Below, piece after piece: positions 63,799-64,000 of a stretch of DNA of 64,000 bases; position 1 is the first letter of the stretch, and each line of letters starts with the position of its first letter. The stretch comes from Macrostomum hystrix (Eukaryota; Animalia; Platyhelminthes). The stretch covers positions 16,678,001 to 16,742,000 of the forward strand of contig CATNEN010000001.1 in the NCBI GenBank assembly GCA_950097015.1. The letters run 5' to 3'. The position numbers and the translations under genes were made by a program. The notes beneath the pieces are model-generated. The model made no database searches, had not been told where the DNA came from, and saw nothing but the letters and a program-made list of their open reading frames with translations.

Positions 63799-64000
63799 AT
63801 CAATTACGAGCTATAAACAGTAGTAAGGCCACGATATTATGGGGTATTTCAAATACTAACAGCCTATTTCCCAATAGCTCCCAAACCCAGTGAAAGATTT
63901 TCGTGAAAGTCCACCATATGGATCTAAATTTACAGAGGACTGCGGGCAGTGGCACATCATCTAGTGACACTAGCCCCGCAGCCAGCGAGGAGGCAATTCT

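Overview
This is eukaryotic (invertebrate metazoan) genomic DNA with GT-AG introns, not a prokaryotic locus. The intron-minisatellite style recalls the flatworm Macrostomum lignano, but that is an unverified impression. Four spliced host genes can be reconstructed. (1) The 3' part of a DSTYK-like dynamin-type GTPase-Ser/Thr/Tyr kinase (+, 1883-6639). (2) A complete voltage-gated calcium channel alpha-2/delta subunit (+, 7692-49452). (3) TCTP (-, 54776-51141). (4) A PRCP-like S28 carboxypeptidase (+, about 61586-63798). The most striking structure is a 23.2-kb block in one alpha-2/delta intron (16302-39503). It consists of head-to-tail and nested non-autonomous Helitrons (TC...CTAG ends, 3' hairpin, A|T target), each long copy carrying its own independently expanded 23-bp and 18-bp satellites. 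Between TCTP and PRCP lies a CMC/EnSpm-type element (CCC...GGG termini, TA duplication). It holds a truncated transposase and a spliced BEN-domain accessory gene that is split by a nested Crypton-like tyrosine-recombinase element. Also present are two tRNA-derived SINE families (one CORE-like), a hAT MITE with an 8-bp TSD, a second Crypton-like hairpin element, and a different minisatellite in many introns. There is no CRISPR array, rRNA or true tRNA. All homology calls come from motif recognition by eye, not from database searches.
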